A stretch of DNA of 63,432 bases, the filler included, from Phoronis australis (lineage: Eukaryota; Animalia; Phoronida): the NCBI GenBank assembly GCA_002633005.1. It is 10 parts of 10 records of this genome, joined end to end, with 100 filler letters (N's around TTAATTAATTAA, not from the genome) between each part and the next. Parts side by side here need not be neighbours in the genome. Positions count along the whole stretch, not along the records: positions 58,605 to 62,120 come from NMRA01002974.1; positions 62,221 to 63,432 come from NMRA01003934.1; 8 more parts are not named here. The stretch is one strand, 5' to 3'. The first letter of the stretch is position 1; every line of letters starts with the position of its first letter. The notes under the pieces were generated by a model. The model had not been told where the DNA came from and made no database searches. It saw only the letters and a list, made by a program, of their open reading frames with translations. This document shows positions 60,516 through 63,432 of this stretch, piece after piece. Both the position numbers and the translations under genes were made by a program.

Positions 60516-62424
60516 GTTTGTTCTAACCGCATTCTACAGTCCTAATAAGTGCACTCTGGAGTTTTTGTGCTTCCCCATTTAATCAAAGGACTACGGTAAA
60601 ATATCACAAACTTCGTTTAAAATATCATTTTTTTTTCATTTTTAAGGCCTTTTAACATTGAAGTAAATTCCCACGTTTTTTAAACCATTGTCTGATTGTG
60701 GGTATAGTACAAACTGAACATGCAAAAGCATTTTACTTTAGTGTAACATTTCGTTCATGTAAAAACTTGTCTCAGGTTTAAGGCATGGGCAAAACCTCTT
60801 GGAAATTTCGTCAAGGCTTGCTGAGGGATTTTGACGAAATTTCCAAGAGGTTTTGCCCATGTCATCAATTTGAGACGAGTGCAGAATTTGTTTTCTCACA
60901 TGAACCGTAAAAAACGACCTTTTTGCCGAAAAACTCCACATGTATAAAACTTTCAACCACATGACAGAACTTTTGTAAAAACACGCTGTGCAATGTAAAG
61001 TAATTCAGTTATTTTTGTTTATAGTTTTATTTTAACCTTAGCAATTGCAAATTGCATTCAGCTTTTGTAGTAAAAATTCAAGATAGAATCTAATAAATAG
61101 TCTTTGATCAGAAGTTGTAATATTAAAACTCAAAAAAATATTTATAAATAAGTCAGCAAGGCTTCCCCGTGCATGAGCACTAAATTGACCTTGGGACAGC
61201 ACAGCTTGACAGTCTCTCCGCGTTTCTTGAGTTGGGGTTCGTCTCTGTTTGAATGAACGTGGATATGGAATTCGCTGCCGAAAATGGGTCCGTTTAAGAA
61301 GTTGTTTGCATGTCCTTCCGACTGGGAATACATACAGTTGAGACACCTGATTTGACAATCATAACCTTGTCACCTTCTTGGAATTCCGGCATTGTTTGGA
61401 TGGTGCACGTTTGGTTGTAAGTTATTCAATTAGTTATTTGTCATTATTCTTTACTAGATTGATGCACGACATCTCAGTTCGGCTGTGCCTAGGAAATATC
61501 GTCATGTGAGACTGGTGAAAACGCAAATTTTTGCAATACCTCAGCGGCTTAACTCGATAAGAAATACAGCTGCATTTTTCTTCATTTTTGGTATTTTTTG
61601 TGTGCCATTGACACATTGTCTGTTACCGTGACAACCCATCTTTTACATCTAATTTCTAAGCATCCTATAAAGCAGCATTAAACTCGTGCTTGCTGTCATA
61701 AGTTTTTATCTATGGACCACTTGCTCAGTTGTGAAATTGGTCTCAAATTGTTCCAGAGTCAAAGCAAGTGTGATTTATAGGCGTGGAAGGAACTGAAAGT
61801 TCAATAATTCTTCAGACTGAGGTCATAAAATTTTCATTCATGGCAATGACCTGAAATTGTATCGTCTCGGCCAAATATTGAGTTCTATTTCCTACTGAAA
61901 AATGCCTAAAAATTGCCTTAATCAGACCCAAAAATTCCCCTCGAATGATTGAAAAAGTTTCCATGTGCTTAGAATCAGTTTTAACTTGCACTGGCACGAG
62001 CTTCGGATGGTTTTATTACTATGAAAATTCTCACCTTACAGTCAGGCCTTACCAGTGTTTATGGCCTTGATGTGGTGAACCGAGTCTGGTTCTATTAGTT
62101 TACCAAAAATGTAGGAGTGANNNNNNNNNNNNNNNNNNNNNNNNNNNNNNNNNNNNNNNNNNNNTTAATTAATTAANNNNNNNNNNNNNNNNNNNNNNNN
62201 NNNNNNNNNNNNNNNNNNNNCAAACTATTAAGCCTCGTTTCAAGCAATTACGTTGTTATTAAGCCCTGAATTTTCCTTCGACGATTAAGTCCATACCTAT
62301 TTAATAATGGTAAGTGGTCTCCATCAATTTTTTTTGACAGAGCTGGGTGCATCGGGATTTGAAATAAGTATTTTGAAGAAATACTGGGGAGGATTTTGAA
62401 GTCAACGGATTGGCAATACATTTA

Positions 62425-62660
62425 TTTACAACATTACCGCTACCACCAAAAGAAATCATCGAGTCTTTGGAGCGGAAATACTTTAACTTAATTTGACAAA
62501 ATAAGCCTGATTAGTAGAATTAACCTAATTCAGAGTTTTCGGGATGGTGGTTGTGAAATGATTCACATTCCCTCTTTTATTAAGTCTCTTAAATTTGCAT
62601 GGTTTAAAAAAATCATAAAACCTAGCTCTTGGAAAAGTGTTCTGATGCAAAACCTCTTAT
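62425..62660 (+). mobile_element. Tx1/L1-clade LINE ORF2 fragment (post-RT region)
   Basis: TLPLPPKEIIESLERKYFNLI*QNKPD..LIQSFRDGGCEMIHIPSFIKSLKFAWFKK fits the FiW..k..GGL..f..slk..W motif; stop codons are present. Confidence 0.7.
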
Positions 62661-63432
62661 TGAGGGACAGTAATAAATATATTAAAATAATTGTCAATAT
62701 GATGACTTCAACAATAGAAGGGCTCCTACAATACCTTCGTTTTCTTAGTTGTTTCCTTCCTTTTTTCTGGTTCCCCCACGATGTGTGAATGTGTTTAGTT
62801 CAAACTACCATGCCTTTTGTAAATAATTGCTTTATTTCAAACAAATGAAATAAAACAAAAGGCTGACAAATGATTCGCTTATGTTGTGAACTAATTGATA
62901 AAAATAATTCTACGAACACCATGGTGGAGTTCGTTGCGATCATGAACCTTCTTTGCGACAGATTTGGCAAGTCTTAAACTTCTTTTCCAAAGCTGAATGA
63001 TACCGTGTATGTAGGCAGATAAGTAGGCGATATCGGATGTACAGAATTTATCAAGTTTATTAATTTCGCACAGGAGCCATAAAGCCGAGTATTGTTATAG
63101 GAATACATTAGTCAATGAAGGTAAATGATAACCACGTAAGAGAACCATGACTATGTAAACTATTGTGAAATAACCCCTCTTCTTCACATGTAAATAAATG
63201 ACATTTTTAAGGTTAAAAAGCGGCAGAGTTCCTTTTCTGTGCAAAAATTTTTCTCTCCCGCCCGCTATTCCTCTCTCACGGATCTGGAGTCCTCCTCCCC
63301 CTCGCCCAGGTGTAGAACGAGGCACTTTCCGTCGTTTTGTAGTATCCCCACACCATGTAATTATTTGCTCGCAAAGAGATAAGCTCCGCTTCCACGCATT
63401 ATTTCAAACCCTTTCCTTCCCCTCCCCCCGCC

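Overview
Eukaryotic, intron-rich and transposon-rich DNA from an invertebrate animal (the repeat repertoire suggests a marine bilaterian). The window is not one locus: nine artificial 100-bp linkers (N44-TTAATTAATTAA-N44) join ten separate scaffold pieces, so gene neighbourhood across linkers means nothing. Spliced genes read directly from the sequence are: four MIR-domain exons of POMT1 (+), one exon of acetyl-CoA synthetase ACSS1 (-), three exons of an SLC16/MCT transporter (-), one SEC14-domain exon of an MCF2L/DBS-like RhoGEF (-), one exon of APIP/MtnB (+), and one complete six-exon, 618-aa GH3-family acyl-acid amido synthetase-like gene (+, 27551-39211). The GH3 gene keeps all plant/bacterial adenylation motifs and has a hydrophobic N-terminal anchor; it is the best candidate for an under-studied system here. 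The rest is mostly transposon-derived: pogo/Tc-type, Kolobok-type (TTAA), Harbinger-type, 5-bp-TSD hAT5-like and 10-bp-TSD MITEs, Helentron/HINE elements carrying CTCF-like motifs, Academ and Penelope remnants, a Tx1/L1 fragment, an LTR with heat-shock elements, a 200-bp foldback, and a probable haplotype duplication. Family assignments come from remembered motifs, not from database searches.
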